Assembly: GCF_000143415.4 (NCBI RefSeq)
Contig: NW_003314387.1
Coordinates: 248,001 to 312,000 of the forward strand
From: Selaginella moellendorffii
Lineage: Eukaryota; Plantae; Lycopodiophyta
Length of the DNA stretch: 64,000 nucleotides
Reading direction: 5' to 3'
Shown piece by piece: positions 10,163-23,338 of the stretch (positions within the stretch are counted from its first letter, which is position 1; the number at the start of each line of letters is the position of its first letter). Made by a program: the position numbers and the translations under genes. The notes beneath the pieces were generated by a model, which saw only the letters and a list, made by a program, of their open reading frames with translations, was not told the DNA's origin and did no database searches.

Positions 10163-12390
10163 CCGATATGGTCCTTTCTATTGAGCAAAGAGCCCCTTAG
10201 ATAAACCATATACCGTAAGATGGGGAAAATAGACTAACACCAAATTATCTACTTTGTACTTTGCAAATAGATAATGATAGGAGTTGTAGCGCTATTGTTG
10301 TCCCACTTGTATGTGGCTTAAGTGTTCAACAAACTCTGCTTGGACAAGTGGAAGAATGCTTGTTAAATACTGATCCCACAACCTAACATTGGTAGCTCAT
10401 GGCAATTACAAAGGTAAATTTAGCTCCATTGGTAATATTGGATCAAGACTATATAAAAGTTTATATGGTGAAACACCAATAGAACTCTGCACCCTTGTGA
10501 CATATGCATACCGAAGAGATGGCAAATAACCATCCCAATCCAAATGCTGAAAATTCACATACTTCGCAATCATTCTTTTGAATGTCCAAACGAGTCGTTC
10601 CACCAAACTGTCTAACTATGGATGATAAACACTCGTGAAAGTGTGGCGTATCCCCAACCGAGATGTCAAAATATGAAATACCTCAGTCATAAATGCGGGA
10701 CTATTAAAGAATCTATTCCAAACAAAAATGCTGAAACACCACTCGATTGAGGAGGAAGTATCCAACAATAGTTGCAAAGGTGTTAGCAAGAGTACCAACT
10801 TCCACCCAATAAGTCAAATAGTCAGAAGCAATAATAACATACTCATTACCAATAGTTGATTGTGGAAAAGGTCCTATAAGATCAAATGCCACCAACTCAA
10901 AGGGACGAGAAACTGCAATTGACTCCAATTGTCCTTCTACAGTATGAGGGGGAATATTACGAGCTTGGCACCAAACATGGCTATACACATACTAAATAAT
11001 ATTATGTCGCATCTCTGGCCAATAGAAAGACCTGTGCAGCTTCTCGGTTACACGACAATGTCCCATATGCCCACCTAGAACAGGAGAATCATAGTAAACA
11101 TGGAGAAACCGCGGAATAAACACAGAAGGCACCACTAGCCGTAAATGATCATCAAGATCCATCCCCACAAAATAAAGAAGGCTGTTTTCAAGGTGATATT
11201 GAGAATGTAAATGCCGGAAAGGCAAGTCATCAATAAGTGATGCAGAATTCTCAAACCCATTTTGAAGCCTTCGAATCCACGGCTCAATCTTTTGAGCCTT
11301 ACGAACCTCATCAAGAAAAGGTAGATCTTGCTCTGCAGCTTGTGGATATTGAACGTTAAGTATAGCAACCACTAATGGTACAGAATCCTCATCTAGAAAA
11401 TCCATAGATGCTAGAACAACAAGCTTATCAGAAACATGAGAAGAGAGTGGAGAAGGAAGAGGAGCTCGAGAAAGGGCATCAGCATTAGCCATAAAACTCC
11501 CTGGATGATGAATAACATCAAAATTATATATTTGAAGCTTCAAAGCCCACTGAGCAATATGACCAACCAAATTCTTTCACTTAAATAATGAAGTAATGGC
11601 AACATGATCACCTTCAAATAACATCCAAGAACCATGTAAATATGCATAAAGTTTCTCAAAACCCCAAATTGTTAGTAAACACTCCTTCTCTATCGTGGAA
11701 TAGTTTACCTCTATTGGTTGTAATGTATGGCTTATATATGCAATAAGATGGTCCTGACCAAGCACACTTTGGTTCTCTTGCATCAACACACCTCCAAGAC
11801 TAATATCAGAAGCATCCACACACAAAATAAAAGGTCAAGTGTATTCAAGATGTGCCAAAACTGGAGCAGTTGTCAATAGCTCTTTGAGATCCATGAATGC
11901 TTGCTCACAATCCGGAGACCAGATGAAAGATGACATTGATGACTTTAGCAATGCTCGCAATGATGCAATGTGATAAAAAAGATGATACACAAAACAACCA
12001 AGATTTTGCACCTTGCCTAAGAAGCGCTACACATCATTCACACACTTCGGAGTAGGGAACTTTCGAACATCCACAAATTTGTCAGGATCAATTTGCAAAC
12101 CCTCACGAGAAATACAGTATCCAAGATAAGTTGTGTCCTTAGACCCAAACACGCACTTCGACTGCTTCAGCTTTAAAACAACATCCCGTAGCCAATCCAA
12201 CACTTTATAAACATCACAAACGTGCTCCTCCCATGTCCCCTCCAAGTGCATCAAGATATCATCAATGAAATCAACAGTCACTTTTGGCATATTGCAAAGA
12301 ACTTCATTCATCATCCATTGGAAAGTTGCTAGAGCATTGTTCAAACCAAATGGCATCATCAAGAATTCGTACAAACCAAATCGTGTATGA

Positions 12391-15300
12391 ATAGTTGGTA
12401 CAATTGCTTGATGCTATACGCTTGCAATTGAACAACCAAACTCAGTTGATGGCAGCATTCACGGCACGTGGTACAACTCCTCCTGCTCTTGGTTCTAATC
12501 CTCGTGTTCAGCCGGAGTTCTTTCATGGGAATCTTGGGGATGATGTGTACCATTGGTTCAATCACTTCACGGTGATTGCCACATATCATTTTTGGGATGA
12601 TGCTCGACGTTTGCATGAGTTTCCCACGTGTCTCCAAGGGATAGCATTGCAGTGGTACAATGGTTTGAGTGCAGCCACTCGCGAAGATTGGAGTGTTCTC
12701 GTGGACATCTTCAAACGCACCTTCAGACATGCCGATGACTGTGATGATGCCTTTCAACAATTGCATTGTCTTCGCCTAGGGCCATCTGAGTTGGTAATGC
12801 AATTTAGAGTTCATTTCCAAAGTCTTTTGCTTTGTGCGGAGCCAAATGTGTCGGAGCGGATCAAGCTAGGAATGTTGTGCCTAGCACTTCATCAAGATAT
12901 TGTCGGACTTGTGCATACACTTGCTCCCGCCACCCTTGACGATGTTCTTCACTTAGCACAACATTATGAGACATCACCTCTTCCACTTCTTGTTGCATGT
13001 TCTTTAGCTCCACTTCCTATGGGTGATGGTCTTGTTCCAATGGAGGTTGATGCTACTGATGCTTGAGTTCAAGGACAAGGGTGAGGACGTGGTCGTGGTT
13101 GTGATGTTCACTGTTGGGCTTGTGATGAAGTTGGTCATACTTATCAATGTTATCGGCGTTTTTCTAATTGGTAACTTCCATTTCCTAGGTGGAGACTTTG
13201 GCGTCATCAATGTCCCATTGGTGTTACTGTAGTGGAAGGTCTAGACAATGAGATACATCTGAGAAATGAAGAGTCGTGCAAGTAATGGAGAGATCTTGTG
13301 CGAATAAGTCAATGACCCCTCTATCTTTCTTTCGGGAGTATCATCAAGGGGTTCACTCGGCACCTCTAGTGTTTACTCTCCAAGCTCATTTTTATAACAG
13401 AGGTCTTCTATTATTCTCTCTATGTTAGTTGATACAGGTTCAAGTTTATCTTCTATTGCTTGACCTGTTGCCACACGTTGCCATCTACACTTGCGTTATG
13501 TGGCGAAACCAGTTTTCATTCTTTATGGCAATGGCCATACACATGCATGTGCATGGGATGAGGCAGACTTGGTTGTGTGTGTGGGTGATCTTGAGCTTGA
13601 GTTGTGGTCATTGCAGGTGGTGCCGAGTTAAGCTTTTGACCTCATTCTTGGTATGGATTGGTTGCAGTGCAATCATGCCAAGTGTGACTTTGAGGCTTTT
13701 CCCCTTTGTCTCATACTTCTTTATGTTTCATCCATTCCTCTCACTTCCGTACCTCTTTGTCCTTCTACTTCTAGCTTTGCTTCCATTACTTTTGTTCCCC
13801 CATTATTTCCTCCTATGGTTTCGTCTTGTTCTACTCTTTCCTTTTCCGATCCCTTCGACAATCTTTGTATTGCAGCGGTTGACCAGCTCATGAAGGAATA
13901 TTTTGATCTCTTTGAATTTGACCTATCATCTAGGGCCAAGATTTCCACACGTCATCCAATTTCAACCGGGGATGCTCATCCAATCAAGGTTTCTGTTTGT
14001 CATCATTCACCCAAGGAGATCAAGATTTTACATACAAACGTTAAGGAGATGTTGGAGAAGGGTGTTATTCAGAAGTTGTGGAGTCCTTGGGGATATGAAC
14101 CTCATCTTGTGACGAAGCCTGATGAGAGTATTCATTTCTGCATCGACTATCATCCGTTAAATGAAAAAACGATCCCAAATATGAACCCTCTTCCTCACAC
14201 TACTAATCTCTTGGATCATTTGGGGTGAAGTTGTTAGTTCACCAAGTTAGATCTTGCTTCTGGGCACTGGCAAGTACCAATAGTCGAAGAAGATATTCCT
14301 AAGACTACTTTTCGTACGAGTTCTTGGTGATGCCGTTTGGTTTAAACAATACTCCAGCAACTTTTCAACAGATGATGAACGAGGTTCTTTGTGATATGCT
14401 GACTTCATTGATGATGTCTTAATCCACTCGGAGGGGATGTGGGAAAAGCACGTTCGTGATGTTTGTAAAGTGCTGGATCAGCTATGTGATGTTGGTTTAA
14501 AGCTGAAGTGGTTGAAGTGCATGTTTGGATCAAAATATACAACTTATCTTGGGTATTGTATTTCTCGTGAGGGTTTGCAAGTTGATCATGACAAACTTGT
14601 GGCTGTTCTAAAGTTCCCTACTCTGAAGTGTGTGAATGATGTGCAGTGCTTCTTGAGCAAGGTGCAGTATCTCAGTCGTTTTGTGGATCATCTTTTTTAT
14701 CACACTGCACCATTGCGAGCGTTGCTGAAATCATCAATGTCATCTTTCATCTAGTCTCTGGATTGTGAGCGGGCGTTTGTAGATCTCAAAGAGCTATTGA
14801 CAACTCCTCAGGTTTTGGCATATCCTGACTACACTCGATCTTTTATTTTGAGCATGGATGCTTCTAACATTGGTCTTGGAGGTGTGTTGATGCAAGAGAA
14901 CCAGAGTGTGCTTGGTTAGGAATATCCTATTGTGTATATAAGATATACATTACAACTAACGGAGGTGAACTATCCCACGATAGAGAAGAAGTGTTTAGCA
15001 ATAGTTTGGGGTTTTGAGAAACTTTATGCATATCTACATGGTTCTTGGATGTTACTTGAAGGTGATCATGTTGCCATTACTTCATTATTTAAATGAAAGA
15101 ACTTGGTTGGTCGTACTGCTCAGTGGGCTTTGAAGCTTCAAATATATAATTTTGATGTTATTCATCATTCAAGGAGTTTTATGGCTAATGCTGATGCCCT
15201 TTCTCGAGCTCCTCTTCCTTTTCCACTCTCTTCTCATGTTTCTGATGAGCTTGTTGTTCTAGCATCTGTGGATTTTCTAGATGAGGATTCTGTACCATCA

Positions 15301-16921
15301 GTGGTTGCTATACTTAACGTTCAATGTCCACAAGTTGCAAAGCAAGATCTACCTTTTCTTGATGAGGTTCGTAAGGCTCAAAAAATTGAGCCGTGGATTC
15401 GAAGGCTTCAAAATGGGTTTGAGAATCCTACATCACTTATTGATGACTTGCCTTTCCGGCATTTACATTCTCAATATCGCCTTGAAAACGGCCTTCTTTA
15501 TTTTGTGGGGACGGATCTTGATGATCATTTACGGCTGGTGGTGCCTTCTGTGTTTATTCTGTGGTTTCTCCATGTCTACTATGATTCTCCTATTCTAGGT
15601 GGGCATATGGGACATCGTCATGTAACCGAGAAGCTGCATAGGTCTTTCTATTGGCCAGAGATGTGACGTGATATTATCTTGTATGTGCATAACTGCATTT
15701 GGTGCCAAGCTTGTAATACTCCCCCTCGTGTTGTAGAAGGACGGTTGGAGTCGATTGCAATTTCCCATCTCTTTGAGTTGGTGGCATTTGATCTTATGGG
15801 ACATTCTCCACAATTGACTACTGGCAATGAATATGTTATTATTACTTCTGATTATTTGACTCATTAGGTGGAAGTTGGTGCTTTTGCTAACGCCTCAACA
15901 ATTGCTGTTGGATACTTCCTCCTCAATTGAGTGGTGTTTCAGCATTCTTGTTCGGAATGGATTCTTTTGGATAATAGTCCTACATTTATGATTGAGGCAT
16001 TTCATGTTTTGACGTCTCGGTTGGGGATACGTCGCACTTTCACGAGTGCTTATCATCCACAATCAAATGGTCTGGTGGAACGGCTTGTTCGAACATTCAA
16101 ATAAATGATTGCAAAGTATGTGAACTTTCAGCATTTGGATTAGGATGGTTATTTGCCGTCTCTTCGGTATGCATATGTCACAAAGGTGTATAGTTCTATT
16201 GGTGTTTCACCATATAAACTCCTATATAATCATGATCCAATATTACCAACCAAGTTGGGTTTACCTTCGCAATTGCCATGAGTTACTGATGCTAGGTCAT
16301 GATATCAGTATTTGACGAGCATTCTTCCACTTGTCTAAGCAGAGTCTACTGAACACTTAAGCCGCATACAAGTGGGACAACAACGGCACTATAACTCCCA
16401 TCATCGTCCACCTGCGAAATGCAAAGTGGATGATTTTGTGTTAGTCCATTTTCCCCATCTTACAGTATATGGTTTATTTAAAGGGCTTCTTGAGTAGTGG
16501 AAAGAACCATATCAGGTGTTGCGGCAAGTTGAACCACAAGTTTATGAGGTTTGGCATGACATCTAGTAGGCCGATCCTCCAGAGATTGTGCATATGCAAC
16601 AGTTGAAACGCTTCATACAAAGGGATTAGGAGCAGTTAATACCACCTATAGATCTGCCGATGCTTCCTCTTGACGTTTTTCCAAATCCTAGTATATTTAT
16701 AAGAGAATTTTGATGGTCTTCCATTATTCCGAGAGGAGGGGATGATGTGAGGGCCAAGTGTACGGCTACAATGCTGTATACTAATATTAACATAGTGGGA
16801 TTTTGGTAGCCATCGAATTGGTTTCAATTCGGACCACTTGCTCTTGTATATAAGCTAGGGTTTTTGGGTTAATTGATATGCACATTTTTTGTATTCCCTT
16901 TCTATATTCCAAGCACTCATA
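12391..16921 (+). mobile_element. Ty3/gypsy retrotransposon copy B (gag, PR, RT, RNase H, integrase, PPT, 3' LTR; 5' LTR missing)
   Basis: Gag (PEFFHG...WF.HF...CLQGIALQWY), zinc-knuckle remnant, protease (MLVDTGSS), RT, RNase H, integrase. PPT GAGAGGAGGGGATGA at 16731-16745; LTR at 16746-16921. Frameshifts and premature stops. Confidence 0.92.
16746..16921 (+). repeat. 176-bp 3' LTR of copy B
   Basis: TGTGAG...CTCATA directly after the PPT; inverted match to 8006-8181. Confidence 0.85.
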
Positions 16922-17469
16922 ATGCCAAGTTTGTTTATTTATATATATTTTATTTTAATGTATAATTATTTTTAACTTTGTTACAACCACTAATAGCAAA
17001 TAAGCTATAATTGTTCTGAAAACCCTATATACTTTTTTATCCAAGTCAATAATAAATCTTAAATAATTTTATATATTCTTTATAAAATAATATAAATTAT
17101 AGTTCATGATGGTATTCATTTAAGTTTTTCTTGAATGTAAATGCATGAAAAAAGAAAGACTTATCTTTTAATTAAAGGTTTTATATATTTAATTTAAAAA
17201 TATTATTAGATAAAAGAATAATCATATACTTAAGACTTACTAATACCTGCATTACAGCGAGATAGAGTGATGGAGGTAGCAGCTTGTCAACAAAGAAACC
17301 CTACAAAAAAACCTTGCCCAAGTAGTAAAGAATATGTTTTTAATTTAATTTGTACATATTAAATTATGTTTTTTTAAAGTGACATAATTTTACATTTCCC
17401 TATATTATAACTCTCTCCTCTAAATTTGAAAGTGCAAAATATATAAATTTTAAATTTAATTAATTCTGT

Positions 17470-19540
17470 AAAACTTCAGATTTTTCTTCTTGTAAGAACA
17501 ATAGATTTAAAAATGATAAAAAGGTATGCATCAAAGTTAGCCATCCTAGGTTCATGAGGAACTATGGCTAGGTTTAAAAATGCTCTGAAAAGTCTTCCAG
17601 CTATATCTTGCAGGTGCTTCATACAGAGAATGCCTGAATAGGACATGATTAATGCAAACATGAAAAACAATTACCTCAATCCATGCGCCATTCTTGGATA
17701 CACAACATTCATCTTTGTTCATAGCCCCAAGCTTCCCATAGGGTGGTTTCTCTTGATAACAGTCTTTGGTCGGTGCTGGAGATGAAGGCTGTCGCCATCT
17801 AGAGTGAGCTAAATTCCAAACTCCGCTTGTAGCTGCAAAAATAATGTAAGCCAAATGTACCAAGATGAAAAAAACACAGAACAAACCTCTGCTCCAAAAA
17901 CACGGTATGCATGTAATTGTATACCGTGCTTTACTACAAGAGCCGCAAATATCCACCTCCTGACTCCTTGCGTTGAGTGCCACGCAAAGAACTGAAAGTT
18001 CGTGCTCAAAAGCAGCGACGGGTTTTAGCATGTCCGAGCCTGGCTGATGGAACTAAAGCCGGTATGTATTCTCGACTGCTTGGCCAAATCGTTGGCTACG
18101 GAATCATTTTGAGCAGGCTCCGGTTTAGTCCACGTATCCTTTGCTTGAGCCATAGTAGATAGATACTGCTTGTTCGTTGATGGAACCGGACTTGTGGTCT
18201 AGAGCATTGTTGTTTTTCTTGTTCGGTCGAAGTGTGACTGTTCGTCACGCATGCTGGAATTTCTAGATCAAGTAGCTCGATGGAACCAGCGCCTGTGAAA
18301 TGTATTGACTTCAGGTATAAAGCATTGTTGGGGGCCGAAGTATACTATCCGTCACGCACGCTGGATCAAGTGATTCGACATGTCCGAGATCCTGGAACTT
18401 TTCTTCAGCTTCAGCATGTCCGAGATAATGTACCGCTTGCTGTCCAAATCAGCACAACGGTCGTCCAAAGCATTGGCTGTTGTGATTGTCGAATCCTTTT
18501 GACAGCCTCCAGTTGCTTTACTAAGAGCTGGCTGGGCTGCATTGTGACTTGTTCAAGCTCATTCGAGCTAGTGAGCTTGTTGACGATGACTGTGGTCTCG
18601 ATTATGTTTCCGCCCGCACATTGTGTGTCCTCATCGATATTCTTTGTTTGCTGAGGTTTTTCCGCGTTGTCAACTTGGTTGCTCGGCTCCTCAGCAATGG
18701 GCACCTCTCCAGCTTGAGGCTCAACTGCGGTGGTAAGCCGCTTGTCAAGGTCAGTAAGAGCTTCCTGTTGGTTGTCAAAGATATTTGCTGTCATGGCTTG
18801 CTCAATGGGGTGGTCTTTGGCTACGGAGGCCTCCAATGCCGTGTTACCCATCCCGAAGTCTATAGGACTTTGCGCCACATCTCTCTTGGGGAGACCTTGT
18901 CTCCGTTTTCTTTTTGAACGTTTTTTCATGAGAGACAGCATTTGGAAGTAGCAGAGATATCATGCTGGCAATCAAGTCCGAGTTGTTTTGATTTTCTTCT
19001 GAGCTGGATCCCGACTGGTGTAGATTGGCACTCGTAAAGAAAAGAATTAGATTCTTGCCGCAATTCATGAGGAAGCTATTTGTACTTATGCTCTAGATTT
19101 GGTGAATTATGCTTTTTTCGTCCAAGCAAACCTCTACAAAGTCATGAAGCCTCTGACTGGTTCTTCTTCTCTCAGGTGAAGTACCTCCAGAGTATTGGAC
19201 ACAATCTTAAGCTCTAGCTTGGTCCCGTTCTTCTTCTCTCAGGTGAAGTACCTCCAGAGTATTGGACACAATCTTAAGCTCTAGCTTGGTCCCGAATCGT
19301 AGACATAAACATTTTGTGGACTTACTAAGTCCATAAAAATTTGTCAAAAGAAGAAAAATATAATTAAAAACTTATCAGTACCTTGACACTTTTGTGACTT
19401 CTTGTCTGTTTTAAGTTCGCACCCTTGTCTCCTGGCTGCGGAGATAACACTCGCTTCCTATTTCCTTCCAGTGAACTTTGCACATTGACTTCTGTCTCAT
19501 CTTTTTTCGATGAAGCAGAAACAAGTCGCCTAGGAGAAAC
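17470..19540 (-). other. Possible multi-exon gene or pseudogene of unknown function
   Basis: Several coding-like minus-strand segments (e.g. 18411-18941 with basic KKRSKRKRR; ICGSCSK; DIAGRLFRAFLNL) separated by AT-rich GT-AG-like gaps. No family recognised. Confidence 0.35.
19160..19293. repeat. Perfect 67-bp tandem duplication
   Basis: 19160-19226 is identical to 19227-19293. Confidence 0.95.
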
Positions 19541-19708
19541 TGTACCATAGGATCAACAAAGCCAAACATCGGCACAGATATGAACTCCAAGTGAACGCGT
19601 TCCTGGATGCTGAAATTTCACCATCGCTTCCCAAGTGGTATCTGGTGATCAGCATCCAGGAACGCAGCCTAGACTCTAACCCCGACTACAAAACTTCCCG
19701 CCAAAATA

Positions 19709-22213
19709 TCAAATCCCAGCCGAATATACATTGGCGAGGAGCACGTAAGACGCAGCGTCGCCAGGATCCAACCCCGCAGCGGCACGGTCCGCGCGGCTTA
19801 CCTCCTCGTGGAGCACGCAAGCGGCCACCAGCGTCACCCACAGCGCGGGGTCGGGCTCCAGCGGCATACCGCGGACCACCGCCTCGGCCTCGCCCAGCCT
19901 CCCACACCGCCCGAGCAGCTCCACTACAAACCGATAGTGCTCGCTCTCCACCGCCACGCCGTGCTCCCGGCTCAGCCACCCCACGTAGAACATCCCCCGC
20001 TCGAGCAGCCCGGCATGGGAGCACGACGCCAGCACCCCGGACAGCGTCACTCCATTTGGGGAGATCCCCTCCAGCTCCATCCGGTGGATCAGCGCGAGCG
20101 CCTCGGAGCCATCTCCGTGCTGCGCGTACGCTGCCACCATCGCGTTCCAGGAGACTAGATCTTTCTCGCGGTTCTTCTCGAAGAGCGCCATGGCCGCGTC
20201 CAAGCTCCCACACTTGGCGTGCATGCTTGCGAGCGTGGACTCCACCACAGGAGTGGCGATCCCGAGCTCGAGAGCTCGGGCGTGGATGGCAGCTCCTTCG
20301 TCTAGATCCGCGAGAGCCGACGCTGCCGCGAGGGCGCTCACAATGGTGGCCTCGTCCGGGCAACACTCCATGGCGCGGTACGTGGCGATGGCGTCTTTGT
20401 AGCGGCCGTGGCGGGCGTAGGCCGAGATCATCGAGTTCCAGGAGACTGTGTCCTTGTCCGGGATGCGATCAAACACGAGCTTGGCATCGCCCAAGCTGCC
20501 ACACTTGGAGTACATGGTGAGCAGCGCGTTTGCGGCGAAGACGTCGAGCTTGAGCGATCTTTCGGCCGCCATTCTCTCGTGGATCACCTTCCCGGTGTCC
20601 AGATCTCCAAGCCCAGCTGCAGCAGCTAGAGCGCTTGCAAAGGTGAAGAGATCGGGGCTGCTGGAGCCGTCGTGTTCCATCTCCCGGTAGATTCCCAGAG
20701 CCTCGCGCAAATGACCCATCTGGGCATAAGCCGAGATCATCGCGTTCCAGGCCTCCACGTCCCTGATCTTGGCCTCCCGCAGCAATTTCCTGGCCTCGCA
20801 GATCGCGCCACACCGCGCGAGCATCGCCACTGCCGCGCTTTGCACGAATCGATCGGGATAGAGCCCTCGATCCTGGGCATCCCTGAAAAGGCGCCGGCCA
20901 TGGCCAAGATCACCTCGATCACGGCAAGCAGCAAGAAGGGTGGCATACGTGACCCCATTGGGCTCACAAGTGGATCGATCCAGCATTCTCTGGTAGCATT
21001 CCATAGCCCGATCTAGATCTCTCGCCTCGGCAAATGCCGCGATCATGGCATTCCACGCGACTGTGTCGCGATCCTCCATTCCCTCAAACACAGCCGCAGC
21101 ATCGCCCAAGCTCCCACACCGCGAATACATGCCCACCAGCGCCGTGTCCACGATCAAGCGCGAAGCGAGGCGCGCCGTGGCAATCCCGGCGTGGAGGCGC
21201 CGCCCGAGGTCTAGATCGCAGCACACCGCCAGCAAGCTCGCGAAAGTGAATCCATCCGGCTCCACATCCATGGCCTTGAACAGCTCCTGGGCCTCTGCCG
21301 CTAGACCTCTCTGCGCACACGCCGCGATCATCGTGTTCCACGCCACCAGGCTCTTCCTCTCCATGCCCAAGAACAGCGCTCTAGCGCTGGTGATGGAGCT
21401 GCTACATCGCGAGTACATGCCCAGCAGCGAGATCGCCACCGATGGATGGGACTCCACCCCGATCGATGCCGCTAAGCAGTGGATCCTCCTCCCAGATCCC
21501 AGATCGAGGCAGGCGGCGAGGATGGCGGAGATTGTAGCGGCGCTGGGCGTCACCGCCGCCTCGAGGAGCATGATCCGGAAGATCCCAAATGCCCGGGTGT
21601 GATGCCCGGTGTGGGCATATGCAGAGATCATTGCGTTCCACGCGATTACATCCCTCTCGCCCATCGCCTGGAAGATCTCCTCCGCTTGGACTACGCAGCC
21701 GCAGCTAGCATACATCCTGAGCAGAGCGGTTTCCAGCACCACCATATTCCCTCCAAGATCGCTCCGCCGCTGCTGGATCCGCGAGTGGATGCGCTCGCCG
21801 CGGCCCAGATCGCGCAGCGCCGAGCAGGCGCCGAGGGCCGTGGAGAGAACGAAGGCATTGGGCGGCGGCGCAGCGCTGGGATTCGCCTCCATTTGGTCGA
21901 AGAGATCCAGAGCTTGGCGGTGGTGGCCATGGCGGGTGTAGGCAGCGATGATGATGCTCCAGGAGAAGACGTTCTTGGCGGGGATGGCATCGAAGGCGGC
22001 GCGCGCGTCGGCGAGGCTGCCGCATCTGGCGTAGGCGTGGACGATGTGGTTGCGGAGGAGGAGGCTGCGCGAGTGGAGGGGATGGCGAGCGATGTGGGAG
22101 TGGAGGAGCTTGGCCTCGGGCAAGAGCCTGGGATCCGCGCATCTCTGGAGGAGCGATGCGTAGCCGGCTTGGCAATCCACTCTAGCGAGCTCCGCCAAAA
22201 TGCCCCCACGCAT
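19709..22213 (-). CDS. PLS-class PPR protein, E subgroup, no DYW (834 aa, intronless)
   Basis: PLS motif array. C-terminus CSHAGLLERG...LGRCGRLGEAEAVVRGMPLEPD...PGDAASYVLLANVYS. Confidence 0.95.
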   Translation of the reverse strand: MRGGILAELARVDCQAGYASLLQRCADPRLLPEAKLLHSHIARHPLHSRSLLLRNHIVHAYARCGSLADARAAFDAIPAKNVFSWSIIIAAYTRHGHHRQALDLFDQMEANPSAAPPPNAFVLSTALGACSALRDLGRGERIHSRIQQRRSDLGGNMVVLETALLRMYASCGCVVQAEEIFQAMGERDVIAWNAMISAYAHTGHHTRAFGIFRIMLLEAAVTPSAATISAILAACLDLGSGRRIHCLAASIGVESHPSVAISLLGMYSRCSSSITSARALFLGMERKSLVAWNTMIAACAQRGLAAEAQELFKAMDVEPDGFTFASLLAVCCDLDLGRRLHAGIATARLASRLIVDTALVGMYSRCGSLGDAAAVFEGMEDRDTVAWNAMIAAFAEARDLDRAMECYQRMLDRSTCEPNGVTYATLLAACRDRGDLGHGRRLFRDAQDRGLYPDRFVQSAAVAMLARCGAICEARKLLREAKIRDVEAWNAMISAYAQMGHLREALGIYREMEHDGSSSPDLFTFASALAAAAGLGDLDTGKVIHERMAAERSLKLDVFAANALLTMYSKCGSLGDAKLVFDRIPDKDTVSWNSMISAYARHGRYKDAIATYRAMECCPDEATIVSALAAASALADLDEGAAIHARALELGIATPVVESTLASMHAKCGSLDAAMALFEKNREKDLVSWNAMVAAYAQHGDGSEALALIHRMELEGISPNGVTLSGVLASCSHAGLLERGMFYVGWLSREHGVAVESEHYRFVVELLGRCGRLGEAEAVVRGMPLEPDPALWVTLVAACVLHEEVSRADRAAAGLDPGDAASYVLLANVYSAGI

Positions 22214-22799
22214 TCACGCATCTTTGTGTTTGTCCAAAACTAGTTCTAGTCAAAGATTCGATTTAAATTTGATCATTGTCAAGAATGATGCCAACCATGG
22301 GCTTTGAAGAGAAGCTCAGGGGGTTAGATTTATGAGATCCTGCTCAATATAAGAATCTGAGGCTTCCTCAGGTGCTTGTTTTATACATCATTTCCTCTTA
22401 CTGAGCAAGATTTTGCTGGAAGTGAGCTCCTTTTGCACTGAAAACGAAGATCAACTTTCAGCTAAGAGAGAAAAGCCATACCTGCGCCGTTTTCCAGGTA
22501 AACAACGCCTCCAAGAGTTCCATACTGGTGTACATACCCGCAACTATAACAAAGCAAAACCATGGGCGTGCTTGGACCACCCACAGATTTCGGTGTCTCT
22601 GCCCAGGAACACTGGAAGAGGAACAACTTAACTCCGGCTTCAAGATCTTCCAGCGTTTTCAGAAGGAGGTCTCTGTGTAAGCGTCGTCGTTGAGAAACTG
22701 GACGAAAAGAAGTGGTCCGGAACGGTAGCAGCGTTTTCTCTGGGAGGCGATCAGGCAGCTCCAGAAAATAGATCTGGAAGGAGTCGAGGCGATCGAGGT

Positions 22800-23245
22800 G
22801 ACTTTTGTTAGCATCTTGGATGCTGACTGATGTTTCTTTTTCTTCTTTTGCTGCAGCAGGGTCGAAGCTCATAATCACAATCACCGATCGCGTTCTAAAA
22901 ATGGTTTCCATAATGATCCGATGGTGGCGACTGCGCTTGTCAACTTGTTTAGCAAGATGGGAAGGCTAGACAGCGCCAAAAGGAGTTTTTGATTTGTCTC
23001 ACGCGAAGAGGGACGTTGTGTCCTGGAACTCGATGCTGTCTACGTGCTCCCAGAACGAGCAGGGAATTCAAGGCACTTGGGAGCTGTTTCAGCAGATGGA
23101 TTTAGAAGGTTTCCAGCCGGATTGAGTAACTTTCGTCACGCTCCTCGACTGTTGCTTCCCACTGCGGCGAACTGGTGCCAGCAAAGGTAGAGAAGTGTTT
23201 GAGCTGCGAAGATATGGAAGGGGTGAAGCCAAACGCTATACCTTC
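22800..23245 (+). pseudogene. Near-identical internal fragment of the PPR at 38127-40850 (inverted, with deletions)
   Basis: Reverse complement of about 39120-39800, including the distinctive SFSSFAAAGSKLII and CSQNEQGIQGTWELFQQMDLEGFQPD. Contains a frameshift and a stop. Confidence 0.9.
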
Positions 23246-23265
23246 GCTGGCTAAGCTCGGCAAGC

Positions 23266-23338
23266 TGCTTTCACCGAGAGTTGAACTCGGACCTCCCGCT
23301 TACTAAACGGGTGCTCTGACCAACTGAGCTATGAAAGC
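23266..23338 (-). tRNA. tRNA-Thr(AGT)
   Basis: GCTTTCATAGCTCAGTTGGTCAGAGCACCCGTTTAGTAAGCGGGAGGTCCGAGTTCAACTCTCGGTGAAAGCA. Intact cloverleaf with a 4-nt variable loop. Confidence 0.88.

Larger units (their letters stand above)
8006..12390 (-). mobile_element. Ty3/gypsy retrotransposon copy A (5'-truncated: RT, RNase H, integrase, PPT, 3' LTR)
   Basis: RT YEFLMMPFGL/FIDDIL, RNase H VDASD...NYSTIEKECL, integrase GGHMG...FYWP, PFELVAFDLIGP, YHP. Many stops. PPT at ~8182-8196; LTR at 8006-8181. Confidence 0.9.

Noticed and set aside
8006-16921. A single intact LTR element, or a TIR DNA transposon
   Set aside because: The terminal repeats are inverted 3' LTRs, each with a PPT. The interior is retroelement pol in both orientations, with no transposase and no TSD.
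16925-17470. Very AT-rich tracts (also 34200-34845) as MITEs or Helitrons
   Set aside because: I could not find convincing TIRs, TSDs or Helitron termini by eye.
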